Of a DNA stretch of 64,000 nt, positions 1 through 9,299 are shown piece by piece. Within the stretch, counting starts at the first letter, position 1, and each line of letters starts with the position of its first letter. A model generated the notes under the pieces. It saw nothing but the letters and a program-made list of their open reading frames with translations, ran no database searches and had not been told where the DNA came from. The translations under genes were made by a program, and so were the position numbers. Source of the stretch: a virus; IMG/VR virus record IMGVR_UViG_3300046674_000532; one strand, given 5' to 3'.

Positions 1-447
1 GCGGACGCGGCCGAGGACCTTGCGGAGTTTGAGGGGGACGAAGCCGACGGCGGCCAGCCAGCCGAGGGAGACGATGCCGGGGATCGGGTTGGCGGCGATG
101 TCGGCGACGCCGAGCATGAGGGCGTCGGATCCTTCGCCGCCGAGGAGGGCGCCCATGGCGAGAGCGACGCCGCTGGTGAGGGTGGAGATGGCCATGGGGG
201 TGCTGTGCGCGCGGAGGATGTCCGCGGGCAGGTGGCGTTCGAGGCCGGGCGGTAGCCGGTTCATGTAGGTGGCGGTGGTGAGGGCGGCCGCGCCGCCGTA
301 GGCGATGGTGGCGAGGAAGGTGGCGCTGGCGTCGAGGAGGGGGATGCCCGCGCCGATGGCGATGGGGGCGGCGCTGGTGGCGATGGCGATGCCGCGTTCG
401 GTGCTGCTGGCGGCCGGCCTGCTGGCGGTGTTCGTGTTGCTCGTCAT
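1..447 (-). CDS. membrane protein, partial (3' end beyond window start)
   Basis: ATG 447 with AAGGAG upstream; frame open to base 1; GC3-rich; MTSNTNTASRPAASSTERGIAIATSAAPIAIGAG... with several hydrophobic segments; absent from ORF track because no stop in window. Confidence 0.6.
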   Translation of the reverse strand, partial: MTSNTNTASRPAASSTERGIAIATSAAPIAIGAGIPLLDASATFLATIAYGGAAALTTATYMNRLPPGLERHLPADILRAHSTPMAISTLTSGVALAMGALLGGEGSDALMLGVADIAANPIPGIVSLGWLAAVGFVPLKLRKVLGRVR

Positions 448-497
448 GGCGGATCTCCTTCGCGGGGCTGCGGGCGGGGTGGGGGGGGGTGGAGGTT

Positions 498-887
498 CTA
501 CTCCTGGGTGAGCCAGTCGTTGTCGACGTCGTGGATGCCGGAGGCCGGGGAGGCGTTGACGGCTTCGTGGATGCCCTGGTGGGTGGCGACGGCTTCGTCG
601 TGGCTGGTCCGGGCGAGGCGGGTGGTGGTGTCGCCGGCGGAGGCGTACCGGATGGCCTGCTCGGACACCCCGGTCATGGTCTTGGCGAGTTGGTGGGTCT
701 CTCCGACGGTCTCGGTGTCGACGCGTTTGGCGGAGATCCCGTCGGCGATCCGGCTGGTGTCGGTGGCTTCCTGCTCGATGAACTGGGCCCATCCGCGGAG
801 GGCTTCGGCGTCGGCGAGGATCTCGTTGCCGAAGTCGGTGACGTCTCGGACGAACTGCTCGTAGCGGGTGTCGGTCATGGGGCTCAC
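498..887 (-). CDS. hypothetical acidic helical protein
   Basis: ORF track 129 aa; GTG start overlaps upstream stop (GTGA); alt ATG 878. Confidence 0.6.
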   Translation of the reverse strand: MSPMTDTRYEQFVRDVTDFGNEILADAEALRGWAQFIEQEATDTSRIADGISAKRVDTETVGETHQLAKTMTGVSEQAIRYASAGDTTTRLARTSHDEAVATHQGIHEAVNASPASGIHDVDNDWLTQE

Positions 888-2707
888 TTCCGGTACCAGT
901 TGAGTTCGGCGGGCTTGGTCAGGGGGCTGTCGCAGACGGCCTTGTAGATGCCGCCGTAGCGGATCTCCACGTTGACGAGGACCACTTGGGTGTTCTCGGC
1001 TGCGCGGACGACGCGCTTGTGGAGTTCCTGGGCTTCGCGGATCTGGATGGTGGCGGCCTCGTGGAGGCGGGTGAGGACGCCGACGAACCGGTCGCCGCCT
1101 TCGCTCTTCAGGTTCTTGGCCGTCTCGAGGAACTTCAGGGCCTTGGCGGCCTGCTGCTCGGCGTGGGCCTGGAGCTGGCGGGTGCCTTCGGCGGCCTTGC
1201 CCATGCTGGTGGCTTTCTCGCCCAGGCGTCGTTCGTACTGTTTGAGGTTGCGGACCTCGCCGCGGGTGAAGGTCCGGCCGCCGTCCAGGGTGATGTGGTC
1301 GGCGGTGACTTCCTTGACCTCGATGGGCTGCGGCCCATCGGGCTGGTGGTCGGTGCTGGACGCGGTCACGGGCTGGTCCTCTGCTGCTCGCTGCTGCTTG
1401 CGGTCGGCGCGTGCCTGATCGAGACGCTCCTTTTCGCGCTGGGCGGCTTCGCTGCGGTCGTGGTGGCCGTCCTTGAAGCCGTCGCGGTAGGCGTTGATGT
1501 GGGCGGTGACCGTGGCGGTACGGGCTCCGTCGCGGTAGCCGGCTTCGCGGGACGGCTGGGTCTTGGGCGGCGTGCCGTTCCGGTTGCCGGTGGTCTTGGA
1601 CCGGTCGGCAGCTTTGTCCTGTCCGGTGGTCTTGGGTGGCGTGGTGCCGTCCTTGGGCGTGCTGGTCTTGCCCTTGGCGTTCGGGGTGTCCTTCTTCGCC
1701 AGGTCGGTCTTCGCGCTGTCGCTGCTGCCCTGCTTGGGTGCGGCGCCTGACTGGCCGCCGCCGGTGTTGCCGGTGCCGGCTGCGTTGTCCTTGCCCGGGG
1801 CGGGCGCGGGAGTCTTCTTCGTGCTGGCGGTGCTGTCGCCGTTCTTGGGCTTCTTGTCCTTGGTCAGGCTGATCCCGGAGGAGTCGCCGCAGGTGGCCGT
1901 CTCCGTCCTGGTCCCGGGCCCCGTCCTGGTCTTGCCCGGGGTCTTCTTGCTGCCGGAGCCGTTGCCGGTGGCCTCGTGGTGTCCTTTGGTGTCCTTCTTC
2001 GGCTTTGGTGTGGCCTCGTTGTTGCCGTGACCGGACGAGCCGCCGGCCCCGCGCCCCGCACCGGAACCGCCCGCCCCGGAGGCGGTACCGCTGCCGGAGC
2101 GGCCGTTGGACTTGGAGCCGCCCGCGCCCCCGCTCCCCGAACTGCCGCCTCCTGACCTGCTGTTCTTCGGCCCGGTGGGCCCGTTGGACTTTGATGAGGA
2201 GTTTCGGGATGACCCGTTGGAGGGGCCGCCACTGTTCTTTGTCTTGGAATCCGTGGACTTACCCGCGGATGTCCCTGAATTCGTGGAGCCGCCCACGAAC
2301 TTTTCGGACCGGTTGACCGTGCGGGATTCCTTCGTCTGGTACGCCTGCGCCTTGGCCTTTTGAATGTCGAGGCGCTTATTCCGGGCGTCGCCGCCTTTCT
2401 TCCACCGTTCGATGGCGGCGAGAGCGAAAGAACGCATGACGCCGGTCTGCTGCTTACTTTCCTTCGCCCCGGCGCCTTCCTGGGTGTCGTTCTGGTAGGT
2501 GGAGCTGGAGGCGCTGGTGTGGGCGGGGTCGATGGTGTCGGGGGTGGTGGCGGCCGGGTCGAGGTTGAAGGAGGCGGAGGTGGGGCGGGCGGGCTCGATG
2601 GGGGCGAGCAGGCTCAGGCCTCCCTTGCCGGGAAGGCTGTTGGGGGTGTCGGTGGCGGACGGGCCGCCCGGGTCGGGGACGGCGGCCGGCGCGATGTCGC
2701 TTGCCAT
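884..2707 (-). CDS. large protein with long G/S/T/K/N/P low-complexity core and coiled-coil C-terminus
   Basis: frame of track ORF 884..2749; ATG 2707 has AAGGA upstream; about 250 aa compositionally biased centre; helical C-terminal third. Confidence 0.6.
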   Translation of the reverse strand: MASDIAPAAVPDPGGPSATDTPNSLPGKGGLSLLAPIEPARPTSASFNLDPAATTPDTIDPAHTSASSSTYQNDTQEGAGAKESKQQTGVMRSFALAAIERWKKGGDARNKRLDIQKAKAQAYQTKESRTVNRSEKFVGGSTNSGTSAGKSTDSKTKNSGGPSNGSSRNSSSKSNGPTGPKNSRSGGGSSGSGGAGGSKSNGRSGSGTASGAGGSGAGRGAGGSSGHGNNEATPKPKKDTKGHHEATGNGSGSKKTPGKTRTGPGTRTETATCGDSSGISLTKDKKPKNGDSTASTKKTPAPAPGKDNAAGTGNTGGGQSGAAPKQGSSDSAKTDLAKKDTPNAKGKTSTPKDGTTPPKTTGQDKAADRSKTTGNRNGTPPKTQPSREAGYRDGARTATVTAHINAYRDGFKDGHHDRSEAAQREKERLDQARADRKQQRAAEDQPVTASSTDHQPDGPQPIEVKEVTADHITLDGGRTFTRGEVRNLKQYERRLGEKATSMGKAAEGTRQLQAHAEQQAAKALKFLETAKNLKSEGGDRFVGVLTRLHEAATIQIREAQELHKRVVRAAENTQVVLVNVEIRYGGIYKAVCDSPLTKPAELNWYRK

Positions 2708-2826
2708 CTCAATCCTTACTGTGAGTAGTTCCTCCCGGACTCCCCCCACTCAGGAGAAGGCGGATCATGCCCGTCCTGGCGTGGGGGGATCTTGCAGTTT
2801 TCCGTCGGGTAGACCGGCGGGAGTAA

Positions 2827-3393
2827 CTACGCTTCGTGACTGCGGGTGCCGCGCTTGACCATGACGACCAGACCGACGACGAGGACGCCACCGACGACGA
2901 AGACGCCGTTGTTGATGCCGCCCGAACTGGCGCTGGAGGACGCCGCGGCCTGCATGTCCGGGTTGCTGGCGTCCGTGTACTGGGTCTGGCAGGCCTCGAC
3001 GATGTCCCGGTAGGACGACTCGAGAGACTTGCCGACCAGGTCCTTGCTGGACGCGACGCAGGCATCGACCTGCTTCTGCCGGACACTGACCGTGCCCGCC
3101 TGGGTCTTGTTGACCTGGGTCTGCAGCTTCAGCTTCTGCAGCTCCAGGAGGTCCTTTTTGTAGGCGATTTCCTGCGCCCTGGCTTCGCTCTCGGCAGCGT
3201 TCGCCGAATACACCTGGTAACCGACCAGCCCGGTGGTGGCGATGGCCGCCGCACCGAGGGCGAGAGCCGCCTTTCCACGCGGCGTGAGACCGGCCTTCGC
3301 ATTCGCCGGACGGGCACCGTACGGATTGGTGTCGACGGTTTCCGGGGTGAATTCCCTGCCCATCATCTGGTCGAATTCGTCGGGGCGGTTCAC
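2827..3393 (-). CDS. two-TM coiled-coil membrane protein
   Basis: frame of track ORF 2827..3729 (its 5' part is P/R-rich shadow); GTG 3393 with GGAGAA RBS right after upstream stop; TM segments ALALGAAAIATTGLVGY and VFVVGGVLVVGLVVMV. Confidence 0.6.
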   Translation of the reverse strand: MNRPDEFDQMMGREFTPETVDTNPYGARPANAKAGLTPRGKAALALGAAAIATTGLVGYQVYSANAAESEARAQEIAYKKDLLELQKLKLQTQVNKTQAGTVSVRQKQVDACVASSKDLVGKSLESSYRDIVEACQTQYTDASNPDMQAAASSSASSGGINNGVFVVGGVLVVGLVVMVKRGTRSHEA

Positions 3394-3395
3394 GG

Positions 3396-3902
3396 TTATT
3401 CTCCGTTCTTTCGTGCCGCGTTCGCGGACAGGGTGATGAGGTGGCTGACCTGCGGGAATGTGCGGCCGGTGTGGTCGTTCCAGGCGTGGAAGGGTTCGTG
3501 GACGCCGTGTTCGCGCAGGGTCTGCTGCATGTAGTCGACGGCCCGCGCCCGGGCGGCGGGGGTGACGTGTCCGGTGTGTTCGAGGAGGGTCTGGGCGCCG
3601 CGGATGCACATCCGGCCGGTGGGGCTGAAGTCGAGGCTGCGGGCCCAGCCGTAGCGTTCCAGGACGGCCAATGTCTGGGCGAGGTGGTCGGAGGGGATGA
3701 GGGGGGTCGGGTTTTGCCACAGCCCCCACGCCTCGGCCAGGTTGCGGACGCCGCGCGGGACGAGCAGGTGCCAGCGCGTCGGCCAGTCCGGGGCGGCCGG
3801 CTGCGGGACCGGGGCGGGCCGGGTGGGGGCAGGCCGTGCGGGCGCCGCGGACGGGGTGGCCGTCCGCGAGGCCTGCGGGATGCGCGTGGGGGCGGTGCTC
3901 AT
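3396..3902 (-). CDS. hypothetical protein, Pro/Ala-rich N-terminus
   Basis: frame of track ORF 3396..3953; ATG 3902 has GGAAGGAA RBS; alt GTG 3953 overlapping upstream stop. Confidence 0.55.
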   Translation of the reverse strand: MSTAPTRIPQASRTATPSAAPARPAPTRPAPVPQPAAPDWPTRWHLLVPRGVRNLAEAWGLWQNPTPLIPSDHLAQTLAVLERYGWARSLDFSPTGRMCIRGAQTLLEHTGHVTPAARARAVDYMQQTLREHGVHEPFHAWNDHTGRTFPQVSHLITLSANAARKNGE

Positions 3903-3949
3903 GCGGAGTGTCGGTTCCTTCCGTGTCGGTGCCGACCGGTGGGTGACGG

Positions 3950-5128
3950 TCACGGGTTGCTACCGGTGACCTTGGTGTGGATCTCCTTGTAGAGGGCCCG
4001 AATGTCGTCGGTCTTGAGCCCGTAGCCGGACTTCCGCCAGGCCTGCTCGAAGGCGTTCTGGGAGGGAGCCGGGCCCGTGCCGCGGAGGTCGAAGTAGAGG
4101 TCGTAGGCGATCCTTCGGCGGTCGGGGTCGCCCTCGTCGTGCCTCTTGTTCGCCTGCGCCTCGCCGGGGTTCGCCTGGGGCGCGCCTTCGGTGGGCCCTG
4201 TGGTGCGCCCTGGTGCGCCCTCGCTGGTCAGAGCGCTTATGTCGTCGGGGCTGGCAGCCAGTGCGCCCTGGGGCCCGGTGGTGGGGCGCAGGGCGCGCAG
4301 GGTGTAGGCCTCGGCCCGGTCCGGGAGGGCTTTGAAGGCGCCCATGCGGTCGATGCGGGTGGTGATCTGCAGTTCGGAGCCGAGCTGGTCGAGGGTGTCG
4401 GTCAGGCCGTGGAAGGAGGCGTCGCCGGCGCGCATGAGGGCCTTCTCGTACTGGCGCTGGCCCATCCACCACGGCTTACCGAGCGTGGCGAGAGCGATGA
4501 CCTTGTCCTGGGCGTTGCGGCGGCTGATGGCCTCGGCGTCGGCGCCGCGGGAGCCGATCCCGAAGCGGGACTCGATCCGCTTGAGGCGGTCGCGCCACAG
4601 GCGGGCGATCATCCCGTCGGACTTGATCTCAATCTTGCCGAGCTTCGCTTCGAGGCCGAGGAGCTTGTGCAGGCCGTAGGCGAGCATCACCGGGCCGACG
4701 ATCCGGACGAGCGCGGTGCCGAGGTCCTCGTGCTCCTGGCGGACGACTTCGATGGCGCCGATCGCCTGGGCGAGGACGAGGACATACGCGGTGCGGGTGG
4801 CGCCCTTGTCGTTGAACGCCCAGGCGTACAGGGACAGGCCCAGGACGATGGCCTCGAGGACGAGGCCGACGGTCATGTTGTACGGCGACTCCATGTGGAG
4901 GCGCTTCTCGGCGAACCGGGCGGAGGTGTTGGTGGACAGGGCCAGGCCGGCGACGACGACCAGGCCCATGCCGAGGAACCCGGTGAGGGTGCGGCGCTTG
5001 TGGCTGTCGGCGCGACCGAACGTCTTGTGGGCGATCCGGTAGCCGAGGAAGAGGATGGGGAGGGCGAGCAGGACGGCCCATGCCTGGACGGGCACCTGCG
5101 CGACCGCGTTCTGCACTTGGGTGAGCAT
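3950..5128 (-). CDS. polytopic membrane protein, DUF2637/Spd-like (plasmid spread-type)
   Basis: ORF track 392 aa; 4-5 N-terminal TM helices then soluble tail; family resemblance from memory only. Confidence 0.5.
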   Translation of the reverse strand: MLTQVQNAVAQVPVQAWAVLLALPILFLGYRIAHKTFGRADSHKRRTLTGFLGMGLVVVAGLALSTNTSARFAEKRLHMESPYNMTVGLVLEAIVLGLSLYAWAFNDKGATRTAYVLVLAQAIGAIEVVRQEHEDLGTALVRIVGPVMLAYGLHKLLGLEAKLGKIEIKSDGMIARLWRDRLKRIESRFGIGSRGADAEAISRRNAQDKVIALATLGKPWWMGQRQYEKALMRAGDASFHGLTDTLDQLGSELQITTRIDRMGAFKALPDRAEAYTLRALRPTTGPQGALAASPDDISALTSEGAPGRTTGPTEGAPQANPGEAQANKRHDEGDPDRRRIAYDLYFDLRGTGPAPSQNAFEQAWRKSGYGLKTDDIRALYKEIHTKVTGSNP

Positions 5129-5146
5129 GGGCGGGTCCTTCCTGGG

Positions 5147-5284
5147 TCAGGCGGCGGGCGTGAGGTCGGCCTGCTGGGGCTGCGGGTGGGCTGCGGGGGC
5201 GGTGATGGCGAAGTACGCCTCGTACTCGTCGTCGTCCCAGCTGGCGGGGTCGCCGTGGCCTTCGCGGAACTCGATGCCGGTCAT
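5147..5284 (-). CDS. small acidic protein (45 aa)
   Basis: below track cutoff; ATG overlaps upstream stop (ATGA); MTGIEFREGHGDPASWDDDEYEAYF...; GC3-rich. Confidence 0.45.
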   Translation of the reverse strand: MTGIEFREGHGDPASWDDDEYEAYFAITAPAAHPQPQQADLTPAA

Positions 5285-5586
5285 CGGGCACCGCCGTGCT
5301 TGCTGTGGTCGGTGGCGTAGGAGCGGAGTCGGTCGAGTTCGGCGGGGCTGGTGTCCTTGGCGCGGATGCTGGCGTCGCAGCCCTTGGCCGGGCAGGTGTA
5401 GAGCACGGTGCGGGAGGCGTCGTCGAAGCGGATGGCGAGCATGAGGCCGACGGCGAGGGTGGACAGGACGGTCGACATGATCGCGGCGATGCCGACGTGG
5501 TGGTTGGCGAGCTGGATGGCGAGGCTGGCGGCCAGGCCGAGGGCAGTGGCGCCGGTGAGGGCGGCGAGGGCGGTGGGCTTCTTCAC
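5281..5586 (-). CDS. small two-TM membrane protein
   Basis: ORF track 101 aa; GTG start with GGAAGGAA RBS; two hydrophobic helices then CPAKGC. Confidence 0.6.
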   Translation of the reverse strand: MKKPTALAALTGATALGLAASLAIQLANHHVGIAAIMSTVLSTLAVGLMLAIRFDDASRTVLYTCPAKGCDASIRAKDTSPAELDRLRSYATDHSKHGGAR

Positions 5587-5635
5587 GTGCGGTTCCTTCC
5601 GTGAGCAGTGCGGGTGGGCGGGCGGTGGTTGGTGG

Positions 5636-5764
5636 TCAGGTGCGGCCGGTGCCGATGCAGGCGGCGCAGATGCCGCCGGGCCAGTTGTCGAACCAGCCGG
5701 AGCAGATGGAGCACTGGCCAGCGTTCGCGACCAGGTGCCACAGGCGGATCAGGTGCTTCTTCAC
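5636..5764 (-). CDS. Cys4 zinc-ribbon-like micro-protein (42 aa)
   Basis: below track cutoff; GTG 5764 with GGAAGGAG RBS; VKKHLIRLWHLVANAGQCSICSGWFDNWPGGICAACIGTGRT. Confidence 0.5.
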   Translation of the reverse strand: MKKHLIRLWHLVANAGQCSICSGWFDNWPGGICAACIGTGRT

Positions 5765-5812
5765 GGGGTGGTGCTCCTTCCGGTGGTGCTGGGCGGGTTG
5801 GTGGGTGGCCGG

Positions 5813-6106
5813 TCAGACCATCAGCCGGTACTCGTCGACGATTTCCGTGGTGTCGGCCAGAAGGCGGCCGGCCCGGTCGAGGAAGACGTCGCGGGCGGTG
5901 TCGCTGGTGGCCTGCTGCGCTTCGGTCAGATGCAGCACGGCGATCTCCAGCTCCTCCGCTCCGTTGATCTGGGCGAAGTTGGTGAGCCGATCAGCCGCGG
6001 TCTTGAGCTGGTCGATGAACTCGCCGGGGGTGGTGGCCGGCGGCTCCTCGGCGACGAAGGCCACGTCTTCGGCATGGAGGCGGATGAGGGAGTCGAAGCT
6101 GGGCAC
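5813..6106 (-). CDS. hypothetical helical protein
   Basis: frame of track ORF 5813..6169; GTG 6106 with GGAAGGAA RBS. Confidence 0.55.
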   Translation of the reverse strand: MPSFDSLIRLHAEDVAFVAEEPPATTPGEFIDQLKTAADRLTNFAQINGAEELEIAVLHLTEAQQATSDTARDVFLDRAGRLLADTTEIVDEYRLMV

Positions 6107-6255
6107 TGGGGGTCGGTTCCTTCCAGTCGTGCGGGACGGGGTGGGTGCTGGTCTGGGCTGGGGTCGCACCTCGTGGATGCGGCCTCGGGACGGGCCAGCG
6201 GGGGTGGGGTCCGGTCGCCGTGTCGGCTTCGGCGGCCGGACCCCGGTGGGGGTGG

Positions 6256-6378
6256 CTACTTGTTCTTGCCGGTGAGGTTGATGCGGACTCGGGGGGCGGG
6301 CTTCGGTGTCTTGGGGTCGGTGGTGGTGTCGCGGCCGTTGATGCGGACGCGGGAGGTCTTCTTGTCGCTGTTGGTCAT
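6256..6378 (-). CDS. basic micro-protein (40 aa) with duplicated RVRIN motif
   Basis: 3' end of track ORF 6256..6858 (rest is R-rich shadow); ATG 6378; MTNSDKKTSRVRINGRDTTTDPKTPKPAPRVRINLTGKNK. Confidence 0.4.
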   Translation of the reverse strand: MTNSDKKTSRVRINGRDTTTDPKTPKPAPRVRINLTGKNK

Positions 6379-6389
6379 GGCCGGGGCTC

Positions 6390-6794
6390 CTAGTCGGTGT
6401 GAATGGCGCCGCTGGCGTTGGCGGCGTGCTGGTGGAGGTGGCGGTCGGACAGGGCGAGGAGGAGGTGTTCCCCCGCCATCTGGGTGTGCTTCTGCGCGTC
6501 GAAGGTGAGGGTGCGGAGGGCGGGGTTGGAGTCGGGGTTCGTGAGCCGGACGACGAGGTGGCCGAGCGCGGTGAGGACGTCCGTACCGTCGGGGGATCCG
6601 GCGAGGGTGACGGCCAGGAGCTGCGTGGCTTCGAGGTTGTGCCGGTCCAGGGCGATCAGCCGAATTCCGTCGAGGATCAGGTCGATGCCGGGGTGAATGC
6701 CGGCCAGGTCCTCCATGACGCCCTCCAGCTCGGCGTCGAGCGGGGGGACGGCGTTGCCTGCGGTGTGCACGTGCGTGCGAGGGACAGTCGTCAT
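6390..6794 (-). CDS. hypothetical protein
   Basis: frame of track ORF 6390..7145; ATG 6794 overlaps upstream stop by 1 nt (TGATG); MTTVPRTHVHTAGNAV... Confidence 0.6.
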   Translation of the reverse strand: MTTVPRTHVHTAGNAVPPLDAELEGVMEDLAGIHPGIDLILDGIRLIALDRHNLEATQLLAVTLAGSPDGTDVLTALGHLVVRLTNPDSNPALRTLTFDAQKHTQMAGEHLLLALSDRHLHQHAANASGAIHTD

Positions 6795-7105
6795 CACGCC
6801 TGCCCGCCGTTCGCGATGTTCTCCAGCGCCTGCAGCATCTCGGTGACGTCGTTCGCATCGACCGGCGGCAGGGATACGGCGGTCAGGCCGGCTTCTTCCA
6901 TGTCGGCCTGGTAGGCGTTCAGGGAGACCATGTCGTCGGTGAGGGCTTCGACGGCCCTCGCGGACAGCAGCGCCTCCCCGACCAGGCGGCCGTCTCCCAG
7001 ACGGAGCGTCATGCGTACGGAAGTCGGGTCGCCTTCGGGGCTCAGCGCAGCAAGCTGGGCGACGAGCTCGATCGCCCGGAGTTCCTCGTTCGACAGCTCG
7101 GCCAT
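6794..7105 (-). CDS. hypothetical acidic protein
   Basis: ORF track 103 aa; start directly abuts upstream stop. Confidence 0.65.
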   Translation of the reverse strand: MAELSNEELRAIELVAQLAALSPEGDPTSVRMTLRLGDGRLVGEALLSARAVEALTDDMVSLNAYQADMEEAGLTAVSLPPVDANDVTEMLQALENIANGGQA

Positions 7106-7444
7106 CTAGGCCACCGCCTTCAGGACGCGGTCCGAGCCGGTCCACACGGCGCCCGTGTAGTGGTCGGTGCCGGTGTGGAGGTCGAGGACGTGGATGGCGA
7201 ACTGGGCGGAACGGCGGCGCAGGATCCGGCGGGCCTCGGACGTGTTGGTGACGACGTCCTGGACCTGGAACATGCCGGCCGCGTTGTCGTAGACGGTGCC
7301 GGGCTCACGCGGGCCGATCTGCTCGGCAACCACGCGGCGCAGGGCCTCGTCGGGGTCGTGGATGGTGGTGTTACTCGGCGCAGCCTGGTGGACGAAGTCA
7401 CCGGGGTGCGGTGCCATAGAAACGGTCGCTGTGCGATCCTTCAT
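7106..7444 (-). CDS. hypothetical protein, first gene of leftward operon
   Basis: frame of track ORF 7106..7954; ATG 7444 with AGGAGG RBS; upstream part of the ORF is low-GC3 non-coding. Confidence 0.6.
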   Translation of the reverse strand: MKDRTATVSMAPHPGDFVHQAAPSNTTIHDPDEALRRVVAEQIGPREPGTVYDNAAGMFQVQDVVTNTSEARRILRRRSAQFAIHVLDLHTGTDHYTGAVWTGSDRVLKAVA

Positions 7445-7661
7445 GAGGATCGACCTCCTGTTGTGGCAGGTAGGGCGGTTCCAAGTTCCTTCGTGGTGTT
7501 GCTGCACCACTCGGGACAGGCGGCCCCGGTCCGGCATTTGCTGGCCGGGGTCGTTTCGTTGTGCTGATACGAGAGTCCCGCACCTCATGGACTTTGTCAA
7601 CAAGGTGCGGCATGATGAGGGAGAAGCGTTGACCAACGAGGAACAGGAGGAGCCCCGCTTG

Positions 7662-7895
7662 ATGACCATTCCGGAGATCGCAGCGGACCGCGGTGTCAGT
7701 CGACAACTGGTCCACCGGATCGCGCAGTCGGACCCGGAGTTCCCTCCCCCCGTGATCGCGCCGGGAAGTACGCGGGCCAAGTACCCGTCCGACAAGGTCG
7801 CCGAGTTCTTCGCCAACCGGACCATCCGGCCAGGCCGGCGTACGGACCTGGAGACCAAGAGACCGGAGAAATCCGATGCGAGCGAGAAGGACTGA
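7662..7895 (+). CDS. small HTH DNA-binding protein (excisionase/MerR-like)
   Basis: frame of track ORF 7296..7895; ATG 7662 after AGGAGG; MTIPEIAADRGVSRQLVHRIAQSDPEFP... HTH pattern; divergent from leftward operon. Confidence 0.6.
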   Translation: MTIPEIAADRGVSRQLVHRIAQSDPEFPPPVIAPGSTRAKYPSDKVAEFFANRTIRPGRRTDLETKRPEKSDASEKD

Positions 7896-8093
7896 CTGGC
7901 CTGCTGCATCGGGTTCTCCTGGAGTCGACGATCTGCCTGACTCCATGCCAGCACTGGTCAGGGGCGCCGAAGTTGAGGCCGCTGTTGGCAACCGTGGCCA
8001 AAGGAATCTGCCAACAGGTCAGGTTCCGACATCGCGCCGCATAAGCGGCATCACGCACTCCCGTTCGGATCGGAGAGGAGGAACACTCGCCGC

Positions 8094-9299
8094 ATGACGA
8101 CCTTCCCGGAGCTGCTTCGCGTCCTGCGTATGGACGCCGGTATGTCGCTGGCCACGCTGGCGAAGCAGGTGCACTACGACCGCACGTCCCTGCATCACTT
8201 CGAGTCCGGCAGACGTCCGGCACCGCTCGAGGTCGCCGAGGCTGCGGACGAAGTGCTGCGCGCGGACGGCCGGCTGGTCGGAGCGTGGACCCGGGAGGAC
8301 GAAGCACGGCGGGAGGCTGCCGCTACGCACAGGGTGCGGGCTGCTGCTCTGGCCATGTCGCGGGATCTGACCGCGCTGGCGGACCTGGACATCTCGGAGT
8401 TGCAGGACGGGGTGGCCGTGACCGCGGTCGACTACCTGGCTTCTCCCCCCGGTCCGATGATGGACCGGGCGCACGTGCTGCGCGGTGAGGCGTTCGAGCG
8501 GATCAGGTCGGGGCATCACCGGCCTGCGGACCGTTCGGACCTGTACGTGGCCGCTGGACGGTTGTCCGGGGTGCTGTCGTACGCGCTGCTCGACATGGGC
8601 GACTCGGAAGAGGCGCTCGAGCACGCCACCGCGGCGGGCCGGTGCGCCGAGTTCGCCGGGGATGCCGAGCTGTCGGCGTGGGTGGCGGGCACGAAGTCGC
8701 TGATCGCCCGGTTCCAGGGCGACTACGGGCACGCGCTCGACTACGTACGCGACGGATACCAGTGGGTGGGGTCCGGGCAGGGAACCGGCGAGGCGCGCCT
8801 GCGCTGCGGTGAGGCCCAGTGCCTGGCCAACCTCGGCGACAGCAGGGCCGCGAACCAGGCCCTGGACGGCGCCGAAGCCGCGCGGGAGCGGATCCGCCGA
8901 CCGGACACCCTGGAGGGCCTGTTCGGGTTCTCGAGGGCGAAACAGTCCTACTACGCCGGGTCTTCACTGATCTGGCTGCAGGGCGGCCACGACGCGGAGC
9001 GTGCAGCGCGGGAAGCCCTCGAGGCGATCGGCCTGTGGCAGTCCGGGCCGGTGGAGGAGCGGTCCCTGGATGACGAGCGCCTCGCGTTTATTTACCTAGC
9101 GACGGCGCGGGTGCAACTCGACGACGTCGAGGGTGCGGCCGAAGCCCTGGCGCCGGTCCTGTCGTTGCCAGTGGAAGACCAGATTTCGTGGATCGTGAAG
9201 CGCATGGATCGTGTGGCGGGGATGCTCAGCGCACCTCGGTATGCGGGGAACCGTACGGCTTCCGAGACTGTCGAGAAGATCAACGCCCTCGCGGCGTGA
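8094..9299 (+). CDS. XRE-family HTH regulator with C-terminal TPR-like helical domain
   Basis: ORF track 401 aa; N-terminal LRVLRMDAGMSLATLAKQVHYDRTSLHHFESGRR is a classic XRE HTH; helical repeat C-terminus. Confidence 0.8.
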   Translation: MTTFPELLRVLRMDAGMSLATLAKQVHYDRTSLHHFESGRRPAPLEVAEAADEVLRADGRLVGAWTREDEARREAAATHRVRAAALAMSRDLTALADLDISELQDGVAVTAVDYLASPPGPMMDRAHVLRGEAFERIRSGHHRPADRSDLYVAAGRLSGVLSYALLDMGDSEEALEHATAAGRCAEFAGDAELSAWVAGTKSLIARFQGDYGHALDYVRDGYQWVGSGQGTGEARLRCGEAQCLANLGDSRAANQALDGAEAARERIRRPDTLEGLFGFSRAKQSYYAGSSLIWLQGGHDAERAAREALEAIGLWQSGPVEERSLDDERLAFIYLATARVQLDDVEGAAEALAPVLSLPVEDQISWIVKRMDRVAGMLSAPRYAGNRTASETVEKINALAA

